64,000 bases of DNA from the human T2T-CHM13v2.0 reference genome, Homo sapiens, in the NCBI RefSeq assembly GCF_009914755.1, contig NC_060925.1, one strand, 5' to 3'. The position numbers and the translations under genes are program-made. Below, piece by piece: positions 30,885 through 45,124 of this stretch. The stretch's first letter is position 1. Each line of letters starts with the position of its first letter. Below the pieces are notes generated by a model. That model was not told the DNA's origin and ran no database searches. It worked only from the letters and a program-made list of their open reading frames with translations.

Positions 30885-31003
30885 GGCCAGGCATGGTGGC
30901 TAAGGCCTGTAATCCCAACATCTTGGGGAGCCGAGGCAGGAAGATTGCTTGAGTCCAGGAGTTTAAGACCAGCCTGGGTAACATAGGGAGGCCCTGTCTC
31001 TAA
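30885..31003 (+). mobile_element. Alu left monomer (FLAM-like)
   Basis: Single arm ending CCCTGTCTCTAA. Confidence 0.8.
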
Positions 31004-31167
31004 TTTTTTTTTTTTTTTTTTAAAGACAGAGATTGGGGAAAGCATATAATAGCTGTGGTGGTCATTCAGAGAATAAACTGACTAACTGTGGACATCTAAA
31101 GAAATTTTTAATTGGTTTTAAAAGATCAGAGGAGAGAATCAAAGTACTCTCCATTTCTTTCTCATAA

Positions 31168-31401
<234 letters not shown>

Positions 31402-31438
31402 TAAAACCTGTCCAGAGAAGCTCTTTAAAATTGCTGTT

Positions 31439-31736
31439 GGCCAGATTTGGAAGCTAACGCCTGTAATCCCAACACCTTGGAAGGCCCAGGTGGGAGGATC
31501 GCTTGAGGCTAGGAGTTTGAGAACAGCCTGGGCAACATAGAGAGACCCTGTTTTTATAAAATAATAACAATTAACTGGACGTGGTGGCCCACACCTGTAG
31601 TCCTAGATACTCAGGAGTCTGAGATGGGAGGATAGCTTTAGCCCCAGAGTTTGAAGCTGCAGTGAGCTATGACCTTGCCACTACACTCTAACCTGGGTGG
31701 ACAGAGTGACACCCTGTCTCAAAAAAATAAAAATAA
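31439..31736 (+). mobile_element. Alu (J-like)
   Basis: Diverged full Alu. Confidence 0.87.
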
Positions 31737-31861
31737 TGAATAAATAGATACATTGTTGTTACAAGAAATCTATTACAATAGAAATGGGAGACAGGTGATA
31801 GGACAGGAGGAAGTTAATAGGTGTATGAAGAAAAGAGTCTTCTCTTTTGAATTATTTCATA

Positions 31862-32809
31862 TATAGAGGACAAAAGAAAACTTCCTCTTCACCCTCTGAA
31901 AGTTCACTGAAAATCACTGACAAGAGGCAGATTAATGGGAGAAAAGGCAAGCAAATTTATTTGATCATAGTTTTACGTGACACGGGAGCCTTTAGAATGA
32001 AGATCCACAGATGCAGGGGAAACAGTTCAATTGTATGCTTAGGTTCAAGAAAGTATGGACAGCTGTTTTAAAATATGATTGGACAAAAGGGTTGTGATCT
32101 AATTTTTTTTTTTTTTTGAGACATAGTCTTGCTGTGTCCAGGCTGGAGTGCAGTGTGCGGTGGGGCAATCTTGGCTTACTGCAAAATCCGCCTCCCAAAT
32201 TCAAGTGATTCTCATGCCTCAGCCTCCTGAATAGCTGGGATTACAGGCATGCACCACCATGCCTGGATAATTTTTGTATTTTTAATAGAGACGGGATTTT
32301 GCCATGTTGGCCAGGATAGTCTTAAACTTCTGACCTCAAGTGATCCACCCACCTCGGCTTCCCAGAGTACTGGGATTATAGGCATTAGCCACTGTGCCTA
32401 GTCCATGATCTAATGTTAAGGGACTGAGTTGTAAAACCCAGCAAGATCTGTCTATCTAGATTCTTCTTGACCTCTCTGAGCATGCATTTCTTCCTTCTGA
32501 GTATGGGGCAGGACCCCCTCTGGAATGGGGGTCTTATAACCTATAGTAAAAAAAAAAGTTTGATAATTTTGTTATGGCTAGTTTTTACACAGAAAGACAG
32601 GAAGAAAGTTACAGTAATATTTTCAGGTTTTATGGCTGCCTTTGGGAAAAAGGGGACCAGGTTTCTGTGACTGGCATTAAGGAAGAGGGATTCTAGTTTC
32701 TATGGCTATCCTCAGGGGAGAATGAAAGGCCAGAGGCAGAAGGGCAGAAGGTCAGAGAGAGCTACTTCTGAAGCCTTCATTTTCGGGTATCATTTTTGAG
32801 ACCCTATAC
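31862..32809 (-). mobile_element. ERV1-class solo LTR (MER34/MER39-like group) with nested Alu
   Basis: GGCAGATTAATGGGAGAAAAGGCA..AAATTTATT, GCAGGACCCCCTCTGGAATGGGGGTCTTAT, GGGTATCATTTTTGAGACCC; exact family uncertain. Confidence 0.6.
32103..32404 (-). mobile_element. Alu nested in LTR
   Basis: Reverse Alu; TGATCTAAT TSD. Confidence 0.92.
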
Positions 32810-33084
32810 ATACTTGGTTTCTTATTCTAAGGCTTCTGTGACCTTTTATCATCCTAATGATAGGCATTATGAATCTAAAGATAGCTGATTAAATGTATAC
32901 CGTTTCATAGAAAAATTGAGTCAAAAGACATGATATGGTGGGGAAAACAATAGTATTTATTGTACAATTTGGCTGTGTTAGACACATTGATTTCTTTTCC
33001 CAGAGTCTCCTATTTTCACAACAAATGTTCTCTCATCACCATGGTTACTATGGGAGCAACCATTATTAGAGCTGCCTCATATTA

Positions 33085-33268
33085 TTATATCTTATGAAGC
33101 TGTTAGTATCTCTTTCAACTCCACATTCAGTGATATCACATTGGTAGCTTGAAACTAACCATAGTGAGAATATTTACACTTCATATTGGCAAGGGGCAAG
33201 AGGCAAATTGACACCTCCTCCCTCCCCACTCCAACAGCCAACTGTTACATATTGTCAGCACATCACTG
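33085..33268. mobile_element. MER63-like hAT DNA transposon relic
   Basis: CAGTGATATCACATTGGTAGCTTGAAA...ATATTTACAC...CAGCACATCACTG. Confidence 0.5.
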
Positions 33269-33541
33269 CATTTAGTATTCGATAATTGTCCCTTTGGCTA
33301 TAAACACTTACACAGAGATGGGCACCTGACTCCGGCTGAACCAACCAGACCTTTTCCTGCAATTCATGAAACTAGAACTGAGAATAAAAGCCAAATACTC
33401 TCCAGTGGCAGACACAGTAATAAGTAAATCTTAGGACATGTTGGAGAGAAAAGGGGGAATGTATATGTCAATTAGGTCGGAGAGTTAACAACAACAGACC
33501 TACAAAGAGAGAAATAAAAATGAAATAGAAGTACAAAGGTA

Positions 33542-33838
<297 letters not shown>

Positions 33839-34425
33839 GCAGAGATGAGAGATGGTGAGATAATTTAGGAATATTTAAGCTACTCTTCTATTCCTAAAAA
33901 CACCTCCATTTCTATTCATGGGTTCCACTAGACACTTCATTTTCATTATAACAAATTCTTCTTTGTGCTAATTTAATTCAAATAAGATTTCTGAACTTTA
34001 CAAGCTAAAAGAGTCTTAATTCATATGTGGGTCCTCAAATATCTGCTCTTTTAATCTGAAAGTCTCTCAAAGTCTCTTACGTAGTGGTGCTGAAAAAGGT
34101 TCCTCTTTGCTGTGGCAGGATAGCCACCAGGCTATCAACTGAGAATTTGATTTCTGTGCTGTTTCTATAAATCAGGTGGAACCAATCCTACCTCTTTGCA
34201 ATTTGGTCTCTTATCATTCTTTTTACAAAATAACAAATTAATGTTCTCTAACTTTAAAAGTTTTCTGTAATTTTTAATTTTAAAATAAGCTTCTTCTTAT
34301 GCTTGAAGTTTTAATCTTCTGTATCATAAATATACCACCTGGATTATGAAAAAGAGGGATAATATTTATAACCTTTTTGCTCACCTCAAAACTGCTGTTT
34401 ACATAAAGCCATACTTACCCCAAGT

Positions 34426-34510
34426 CAAGACTGCAGGGTACAGTCGTGCGAGTTGTGTTCTTTGCAAAGAGAAGACTTTGTGTCCTGTACAGGACTACCC
34501 TGCAGTCTTG
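34426..34510. repeat. Perfect 15-bp inverted repeat enclosing two palindromes
   Basis: CAAGACTGCAGGGTA (34426-34440) / TACCCTGCAGTCTTG (34496-34510); TCTTTGCAAAGA (34459-34470); GTCCTGTACAGGAC (34482-34495). Confidence 0.9.
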
Positions 34511-36832
34511 GTACAGTTGTTCAGGCCGTGAGTGAGTAGAGGCCCATCATGGGGTTAGGGGCTCAAGCTCTCCAACTTTGTCATGGGCCTACCAACCTAC
34601 CTGACACTACCCAATAGTGAACTTGCTCTTCTATAAATTCTTATAAATTAGTTACCATCCTTTATAGCACATTCATTTGCTAAGTTTCATTTCCCCTTTA
34701 TTACATAGTGAAATATCTTGAGGATGGGAAACTGCATTTTATTATTCCTCCAGGTGCCTAGAACTGAGACATTTGATTTGGCCAATGAATACCTGATAAA
34801 TGAAATAATGTGTTTATAAGTGAGCCATTGTACATCAAAATAGCACAAACCTTTAGGTGTGTTATATTTTGTTTATTATGTAAACATCACTTTCACTACA
34901 ACTGAAGAGCTCTGTATTACAGCAATATCTATGGGCCAAAACTCTGAGCTAAATAGGCCATGAAAAATGGTATAAGAAAATATCCAACTTACAAAAGAGT
35001 AATACAGGCACAACTTAATCTCAAACTGAGACCAAAATATAACTAGTTATTTATTGAAACATAAAGTACTTTGCCTCATTGAATATGTATGTGCCAGGTA
35101 AGGGAAATAAGCATTCTAATCAAATTGCAATGCAGGATTGGAGCAAGTCAAAGGGAAGACCAATCATTTGCAAATAGAGGAAATTAATTCCATTAAGTAT
35201 GCCACAAAAATTCTGGCATTGAAAAATTCAAAAATTTTAGCTCTGTGAACTTGAAAAATATCTAGAACCATTGTTCTAAATAGACATATTTTACTCAGTT
35301 CTCTATGTGGGCTCTATTGATAGGCCATTCTTCCCAAGTTCTTATTCTAAGATTCTGATCAGTATGTATCAAGAAGCAGGAACAACTCCAATCTGTGGTT
35401 ACATTCAAAGCAGGATGTGTTGATTTAACTCCAAAGATTGGACTACTGGGAGCCATATAATCAATAACCTCCAGTGATCATATTTCAGTATCTCTGCCAA
35501 CTTAATTAATGTCCTTGGGCATGGATTTCTGTGTACAATATGTGCATACTGGAGCATCAATCACTCTAGATAGACCTGAATGCTTGATCTTGATTTTAGA
35601 TTCCTAGGATATACTACCAGTATATCACGGGCAATAGAGAGTCTCTGGGATAAAAATTATTTGGATAGAAGCTTCTTCTCCTGCTCTCCCTTGGCCAAAA
35701 TTTTCATGTTGACTAATTGCAATCTATTGATGGTTAGAATCTTACTTGAGTGCCAGTGAACTTCATTTCTGATGGGAAGATTGCCTACAAAATGGGCTCT
35801 GAATTTTCAGATAATTTTATTATTAATTCCATAGTTTAGGCCCAAGAATTAGCTTGAACCCAAGTGCACAGAGCTAAATTACCTAGTTTGTGTCACTGAA
35901 GTAATTCATTGAGAATCAAAGTCTCTGAAGGTGAACAATATCAATTTCATTATATATAGAGGAAAATAAGCACATCAGATAAACTATTTTCTAAGCAAAA
36001 ATGTCAAATTTCCTGCAGGAACCACAGCTGGGCCCTGGGCTCAATTCCTTGGAACATGCCAGTCTGACACAAGGAGTAATCAATGGCCCTTGGAGTCCTG
36101 TCCTACCTATGAAAGAAATAGGTGAAATTTCTCTATTATTCCTTCCTTCTGACTATAATCTTCTCTCACTGCCCGCTCCTCTTTAGGGATCCTCCATTTC
36201 CCAATTGCCTGCATTTTGATACTTGATACTCTGAAGAACATGGAGTAAATCAACAAACTAATTCACTAAGATGGTAATGACTAATTATATTTATTAAAGT
36301 TTCTGATCTTGTGTCCCCTTTACTATTATGGAAGGAGCTCCTAGACCTCTGAAGTGAATGAGAGGGGGACCCCAGGACCTAGAAGCACGCACCTTAGCAT
36401 GAATAACACTCCCTTAGTGAGCCAAATGCACACCTGGGCCTGTCTCTCTCAGCATGACTTTCCAAGCCTACACCTCTTTTGTTCCCCCTACAAACAGCCC
36501 TCTGGCAAGCCCTCTCTCCCTAGCTCAGCCAAACATATCTGGCTTCCTCTTAAACTCAACCAGACACTTAAGAAAAATATACACACAAACACACAGGCAC
36601 AGGTACAAACTCACACATGCACGTAACATCACAAAGAAACCTAGAAAACAGTGGGGACTGTTTGAAGGGAGGGGTATTTTCTTCTCTTTGTTTATCTATC
36701 TTTTCTAAATTTTTGTGGAGTTGATTTGAATTACTAATTCAATTTGAATATCTAATAACAAAATAAAGATGTGATTTTTAAATAAAAAAGACATTAATAA
36801 CTAAAACATATTATCTCCCTCTCACATCCCTA

Positions 36833-37121
36833 TTTTTTTTTTTTTTTTTTTTTTTGAGAGGGAGTCTGGCTCAGTTGCCCAAGTTGGAGTACATGGTGAG
36901 ATCTCGGCTCACTGCAACTCCACCTCCTGGGTTCAAGAGACTCTCCTGCCTCAGCTTCCCAAGTAGCTGGGATTACAGGTGCACGCCACCACACCCGGCT
37001 AATTTTTGTATTTTTAGTATAGGCAGGATGTCAGGCTGATCTCGAACTCCTGACATCAAGTGACCTCCCTCCTCAGCCTCCCAAAGTGCTGGGATTACAG
37101 GCGTGAGCCACTGCGCCTGGC
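36833..37121 (-). mobile_element. Alu with small internal deletion
   Basis: Reverse Alu. Confidence 0.9.
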
Positions 37122-38197
37122 AACACAGATGATAATTTAACTGCTCCCCCCTCCTCCAGTGCCACATCCTTCCCAGGATATCTGTTTCCCAAGATTTACC
37201 CTCTTATGGTCACTTTACTCTCCAATCTCTAGTACCAAGCAAATCTCAAATCACCCCCTACGGTTTTTCCTCTCAGCTCCACAGGAACCCAAGTGTGGAA
37301 TTCAGCCACTTTTCCTTGATTTTTATTAAAAAACTTTTCTATACTGCAGACTTTAGTGGAGGTTCTGGGGAAATGCATAAAGTTTATGTCAATGCTGCAT
37401 GAATAATCTAAAATTGCTACTAGGCTTACTTGTTTTTAAAAATGTACACTCAACATGTCTGCTGACTTGGGTGCAATCTCTAGCTGTGTTGCTCAGCTGG
37501 TGTGCTTTTCCCTCTGTCATTCCTACTTGATTGTCATTGGCAATTCCTCCCTCTCATGGCCTCCAAGTCTCTCCCTATAGCCTCTACCCTACCTGAGATC
37601 TCGCCTTTCACATCCCAAGGCTCATCCTTCCATATGCTCTGCTTCCCCATGGGCATGATCTCTCCTCCACCCATCTCTGCAAAGAAAAGGGACCAATGTG
37701 GAGATTATTTCTCTGCTGATATGAAGTATGCTGCCCCTCTCCTGAAGTTAATTTCAGTTTCATGTCACATTTTTTTTCCTTTGTAACTTTGGTCATTGTT
37801 AAGACTTAGTACAGGTTTGGTTTCCTTGAACTAATTTTCCTGACCCACTACCCCTAACCTTCCTATCTCCACCCTATTCTCATCAGGGTAAAGTGTCTAT
37901 CTTTTTGCAAGATACTAATAATACATGTTTTAGAAACCTCTTCTCTCCTAGAAGACTACATAATTCTCAAATAAAGAAACCAAATCTTATATGTTTATTT
38001 AATGCCTCATTTCCTGACAACATCCCTTTGATAATTATGTGCGTAATAAATGTATTTTAAAATTTTCATACCTTAGAAAAATTTGCATGTCGAGAGGGCA
38101 ATCTTTAATGTCTTTTTAACCCTTGGAACTCCTAATTATTCATCAAGATTTAGCTTAATTTTCTGTCTTTCATGAAACTTTCTCTGAGTCCCTATAA

Positions 38198-38540
<343 letters not shown>

Positions 38541-39534
38541 AAAATTATTCTTCTTTAATGACCAGGTTGTCGAATGAATTTAGAAATTTTATTAACCTTC
38601 ACAATTTTGGCGTAAGAGCCTGTTCAAACACAGCTGCACTAAGCTAAATTACACAATCTAAATCATTAAAGTAGTTGGATAAGTGTCAAAACTTCTGGAG
38701 GGATTCCACATTGACTTCATTTTACTTAAAGCACATTTCAAAGCGAACAGGCGTTGGTAACAAAGATCTCTACTAGAACTGAACAGCAATACCCCCAAGG
38801 TATGCCTGTATGTAGTGTTTCACTAACATTTCTGGCCACAGAGCCATTTGTTCATTACAAACTTTTCTAGGGACACAGTTTGGGGTGGTTTTCTATTAAA
38901 TATGTCTTATATGGCCGGCTTTCTTTTTCCTAGATACCACAATCTTCAGTGTGAGTTCATTTTTTCTCAGATTTCTCTATATGTCTTCATTGTCAATCCA
39001 TTCTTTTTATTGGTAAGCTTAAATTCAGAGCAACCCCGTTAGTTCCTTTATCATTGTTCTCAACTGGAGTTGTTGTTTTGTGATTGGAAATATGTGGGGT
39101 TGTGCAACTAGCCACCAGGGAAGATGAATGCCCTGCAATTAGCCAAACAGTCCCGCAACATGGAGAATTGCTCCCCCTAAAATGTTTTCTCTCTGATATA
39201 AAGTTATAAGCAAAAGTCAAGAGCTTTTCAATTGCTGCATTACTAGTTGAATAAGACATCTGCATGCCTGGATAGTGCAAATTACCTATCTTTTTTTTTT
39301 TAAATCTCTGTGCCACTTATGAACATTGCAAAAGATATTGCTTACTTTCTGTATTGGGTCACACGACCTCTGCATAGTATTCCTCTTCAAAGGTACTGCA
39401 AATATCAGTTTTGATAGAAAAATATCAAAAGTAGCTCTCTGACCTAAGTGCTTCCCATTTATTCTACTTGCCTTATACCCCTTTCCTGGCCTGCCAGATG
39501 CTTTTAAGAACCTATTTTTGAGAACTGCCAAGTA

Positions 39535-39676
39535 TTATTTTACCCATTTTACAGAAGAAAGTGAGACTTACAGAGATTAAGTCAATTGCTCCCTCAAGGT
39601 CACAGAGACAGCAGGTTCCAGAGGTGAGCTTCAAACCCAAGCATTCTGACTCCAAACTTCAGGTGCTTAACTGCTA
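39535..39676 (-). mobile_element. MIR
   Basis: CCCATTTTACAGAAGAA...CAGAGATTAAGT...CAAGGTCACA...TCTGACTCCAAA. Confidence 0.75.
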
Positions 39677-40083
39677 TGTCTGAGTTGTTATTTATATTAT
39701 GTTTTTCAGTCATATTTGACTCCTTTTACATCATTGTGGAATGCATCCAAATGATTTTGGGATTACTTCTTCATCTTAAATGTCTGAAGCTGTACTCAAT
39801 TCTCAGCCTAGATACTCGCTATATTAATATGAGTATGTCGCTTATCTTCTTTGTATCTATCACTAAAAGAAAGCAATTGTGCTAGAAATTTGCTCTCCAG
39901 TGTCTCTTGATATTAACTTTAATAATTCCATCAACAATATCTAGACCTTTTTATTCTCAAGACATATAATTTTCAATTATGCCATATCAAAACATAATTG
40001 ATATGATTGCATAATATCTTTTTGTTACTATTTTAAAAAATTGTTTCCACCAGGAAGTGAAGGTAGGTGTCATAAGTGCTATC

Positions 40084-40390
40084 TGGCTTGGTGCAGTGGC
40101 TCATGCCTGTAATCCTAGCACTTTGGGAGGCCAAGGCAGGTAGATCGCTTGAGCTCAGGAGTTCAAGACCAGCCTGGGCAAGATGGTAAAACTTCATCTC
40201 TACAAAAAAAACCCACAAAAAATTAGCCTGGCATGGTGGCGCATGCCTGTAGTCTCAGCTACTTGTGGGGCTGAGGTGGGAGGATCACTTGAACCTGGGA
40301 GGCAGAGGTTTCAATGAGAGCCAAGATGGCACCACTGCACTCCAGCCTGGGGAAGACTGAGACCTTGTCTCAAAAAAAAAAAAAAAAAAA
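40084..40390 (+). mobile_element. Alu (J-like)
   Basis: Full Alu; AAGTGCTATCT TSD. Confidence 0.92.
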
Positions 40391-41312
40391 GTGCTATCTG
40401 ACAGGCTTTGGCCCATTGTAGTAATCTACAAGTCTACCAAATTTAGATCTTATATTGTAATATCTTCTTTCCCCTGATCCCCAAATTCCCTTCATAATTC
40501 TCATTATTTCATTGACAAAAGCCCAAGGATGAACAAATTGTTTTCTTTTGAGGTAAAACAAAACAGATCTAATAATTGCGTATGTTTATGCTTGATAATA
40601 ATAATAATATATTTTATGAACATCCCTCCCAAGTCCCGATTGCACTGTTTTGATATTCAGTCACGGTATCTTTATTCATAGCCTGCCTTTAATGAGAATA
40701 GTAGAGGTCTTTGTGCATAAACACAAGAAGTACAGTGCTATTTTCATAGTGTTTAAGAAGTACTTATTATAAAATAATGCACTCTGTGTTTTATAAAAGG
40801 ATCAAACAGTAAAGAAATATAAAAAATGAGAAGTTTCCCATTTCCTCTAAAATATCTGCTTTTGCTGAATCTCCTTCCCAAGAAGAATTAATAATTCTTC
40901 TGTAAGTGTTATGATATTTTGTTGTATGCAACATAATTTATATGAAAAATTAGCACACACCTCAAACTATATACCATTTATTGGATTTAAAGTGGCTATC
41001 ATTTAATCATTTAAAAAGCTTTTTTTCTAAATACAGTTGTCTTTCTAAAATGTTTAAATTAGGGTTTTTGGTAGTATTATTATTGTTGAAAAGGTAATAT
41101 GTGCCCATGATATAAAACTTGAACACAAAAGAGAATAAAATGTAAAGAAAATCACCTTTCCACTGCAGATCCATAGTCTCTATGACCAGAAGGATTTTTA
41201 TACATATGAAATCATAAATATCTGTCTGAAAATAATGCAACATAGTATATATTCTTTTGAAAAAGTGGAAGCATGATGTATACGTTACTTTGCTTTGCTG
41301 TCTTAGATATTA

Positions 41313-41662
<350 letters not shown>

Positions 41663-41957
41663 TCATAACCAGTTAACCAGTCTTTTAAGAATGAATAATT
41701 AAGCCATTTTTCACTCTTTTGCTATTAAAAATAGTAACGTAGGTTTAAAAAGCATCCTTGCTCATCTCTGTACACATATTAAGAATATATCTAAAGGATA
41801 AATTCCTGCAAGTAAAATTTTCTACAAAAGAAATTGCTGAGTCATAGAAAGGGGATATTTTAAATCCTTGATACATATTAAGCTGCATCCAATAAAGTTT
41901 TCTCAGTTTAAGAGAGTAAAAAAGGCCTGATTTATAGCATTTGTATTGGGTGCTATC

Positions 41958-42262
41958 TTTTTTTTTTTTTTTTTTTTTGAGATGGAGTCTCACTCTGTGG
42001 CCCAGGCTGTAGTGCAGTGACATGATCTCGGCTCACTGCAACCTCCGCCTCCTGGGTTCAAGCGATTCTCCTGTCTCAGGCTCCCAAGGAGCTGGGATTA
42101 CAGGTGTGCACCACTACGCCCAGCTAAGTTTTGTGTTTTTTGTAGAGATGGGGTTTCACCCTGCTGGCCAGGCTGGTCTCGAACTCTTGACTTCAGGTGA
42201 TTCGCCCACCTCGGCCTCCCAAAGTGCTGGGATTAATAGGCGTTAGCCAATGCACCCAGCCT
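41958..42262 (-). mobile_element. Alu
   Basis: Reverse Alu; GTGCTRTCTT TSD. Confidence 0.93.
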
Positions 42263-43439
42263 AGTGCTGTCTTCTGAATGATTCTTTATTACAGTACACT
42301 AAATAAAATGTCTGTATTTATGCAACTCAGGGTTTGTCAGCAAATATTAGGAGGTAAAACTAATTGGAACTGTTTTAGACCCTTTTGGCCCCTAAATGCC
42401 ATATCATATTACACAAAAATACCCACCTATAGTTATACATAAATATTGAGGTGAGTTGCAGTTGATGTTATATTTTTAAAAGAAAAATATTAATTAAATA
42501 TGTATTAATATACATTAGTGTTTTGAAGTCTATCCATTTTTTCCCCCAGCCATACAAAGTTTGGTAGGATTCTAAAAGCTTGTAGGCCCTCAAGCACCAC
42601 TCCTCTAGTGCTTAATGGGTTAAATGTCCCTAAAGCTAATTTGAAAAGCAAATTGCCTCATTCTTTCTCTTCATATCTTTCTTTCAAACTGTAAATTTTA
42701 AGAGCTGTTTATTCCTTATTCTCCTTGTTCTTAATTTGTTTAATAAAGTTTTAGATCTTTAGCGAATATTTTGCAACAACAGAAATATCCCCAAATTTCC
42801 TGGTGCTAGAAAACAGCCACAATAGTAAGTAGGTCAAGTCTGTATTGCTTAGGGAACAGGGAGATTTTTGTTTTAAAGCAGTGATTCTTCTGAGAGTAGG
42901 GCTCTGGGCGCAGGTGAGTGGTAAACAATCCTTTTTCCTGCAGGGATGTTGCTGTTGTGTAAAAGCAAAAGCATTTTGTGTAAGGATGTTAGGCTCCAGT
43001 AAGTATTTCAAAGCCACATTATCTTTCTCATTAGGGGGAGTTTCTCTCTGTACTTTAAAAGAAGATAATGATGCTTGAAAAAGCTCAAGATTGACTAACT
43101 TTTAGGAAGCTGCCAGAGTTGTGCATAGACGTCCTCACTACAGTAGCTTCGTTATGTCTTACGAACAATTTAACCTTCACTTCTAGTCATCGTTTCGTCA
43201 TCGTAAGCACTGGGTCATTACAGAGTTCAGTGTACCTAAAACGCAAGCTGTGACTGATGAGAATCCAAGCTGCAAACTGGGCGGCTTGGGCAACTGTTTT
43301 CTTAACCACCCTCCACGTTGTGGCTTACGTCTTTTAGCACCGCCCTCAGGGCAAAGGATGGTGGTCAGAGGTAACTACCACAGTAAAAGAAGGCTATTTA
43401 TGTGGTCTGTTTACAGTTACCCGGTTTCAACACTAAGCC

Positions 43440-44130
43440 AGCTTTCCGCCACGTCTCGGGCGAACCTCCGGCCTGAGGTCACAGAGACGCCCGGGTGGCT
43501 CTCAGGAGCCAGCATGGCAGCCTCCTCAGGACGGGTACTCAGGAATTTCGCCCGCAGGGACTAACACCACTTGGACCCAGGGACTCCAGCTTCACTCCGC
43601 TTTGTGCACTGGGTGGGGCGGTCGCGGTGACGTTTCAGGCAACGCCTCTGCTGTCAGCCAATAAGGAGCGGGAGACGCGTCGGGCCTGCGCTCAATGGGC
43701 CGCGCTGGTCCCGCCCCACTGTGATCGTGAGACTGCAGACCCGCTAATAAAATCCACCCCAACAATCGCTGTGTGCCGCTTTAGTGCGCTCGCCGTCGGC
43801 TCTACCTGCGTGCTTTAGCTCCTTCTCGCCTGATCCTTCTGTCTCTCCCAACCCCGGACACCCGGCTTCGACTGGTTATATCTTCGGTGTTCTTTTCCTC
43901 TCTTCTTCTTTCGCGGTTCAGCATGCAGGAAAAAGACGCCTCCTCACAAGGTTTCCTGCCACACTTCCAACATTTCGCCACGCAGGCGATCCATGTGGGC
44001 CAGGATCCAGAGCAATGGACCTCCAGGGCTGTAGTGCCCCCCATCTCACTGTCCACCACGTTCAAGCAAGGGGCGCCTGGCCAGCACTCGGTGAGCTGGG
44101 TCTGTCTGGGGCTGTCCACAGTTGGGCGGT
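43440..44130 (+). promoter_or_regulatory. CTH: CTH CpG-rich promoter and first-exon region
   Basis: Only non-Alu CpG-dense stretch; GC boxes GGGGCGG 43615-43621 and CCCGCCCC 43710-43717, CRE-like TGACGTTT 43628-43635, CCAAT 43658-43662, TATA-like TAATAAAA 43745-43752. Confidence 0.85.
43923..44090 (+). CDS. CTH: Cystathionine gamma-lyase, exon 1 coding part (aa 1-56)
   Basis: MQEKDASSQGFLPHFQHFATQAIHVGQDPEQWTSRAVVPPISLSTTFKQGAPGQHS then donor TCG|GTGAGC; 168 nt, phase 0. Confidence 0.98.
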
Positions 44131-44782
44131 AAAAGAGATACGGCTTATGAATTTGAAAGGCATGTAAGTAATTTATAATATGACTTATAAATTAGGAAGG
44201 CAACCGAAAGATGTTTCTACACTGTAATTCTTGCAGCACAGCTTTGTATCGGATGGTCCAGTGATCGTATTTCTTTTGATAAGCAGGACTGGAAGGAGCC
44301 GTTTGTCCAGCTTGCCATATAGATTTGGCCTGAAATTCAGGTGATTTTGACAAATTTGCAATTAAAAATCGAAGGTCATAACTTTTTTGAGTTACCTTTA
44401 GCAGCATAAATTTTAAAGATGTAGTACGGAGTCAGCTTAAAAAATATTAAGGGTCTGATAACTTGACTAGAATTAAGATTGTTTCCAGTAGCTGTATGAA
44501 TAGTTATTGAGTACCTACTATATGCCAAATACGTGCTCGTATATATCATGTGTATTACATGTATTGTCTCATCTAATCCTAACAACAACCCTAGTCTGAA
44601 CCGAATTCTCATTTTTTCCCAATAAAGAAGCTGAGATTTAGGGAGTTAAGTAACTAGCCTTAGACTAGTAAGTATTGGAGATGGAATTCAAACTTTAGAA
44701 ACTTGAGGTTGCTTTAGGAACCAACTCCTAGGCACTCAGCTACACTATGCTATCTCTAATAATGCTAGTAACAATTTAGCCT

Positions 44783-44792
44783 ATTGCGTCAT
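44783..44792 (-). promoter_or_regulatory. Candidate C/EBP-ATF composite site in intron 1
   Basis: ATTGCGTCAT (reverse ATGACGCAAT): ATF half-site TGAC plus C/EBP half-site GCAAT. Confidence 0.4.
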
Positions 44793-44829
44793 TTAAGCAC
44801 TGTGGCTTAGTGATTAAGAACACAACTCA

Positions 44830-45124
<295 letters not shown>

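Noticed and set aside
43250-44167. Overlapping 100-127 aa ORFs across the CTH promoter and the in-frame GTG at 43887
   Set aside because: GC-rich stop depletion and non-ATG starts; only the ATG at 43923 links to the downstream exons, and a 12-aa N-terminal extension has no support
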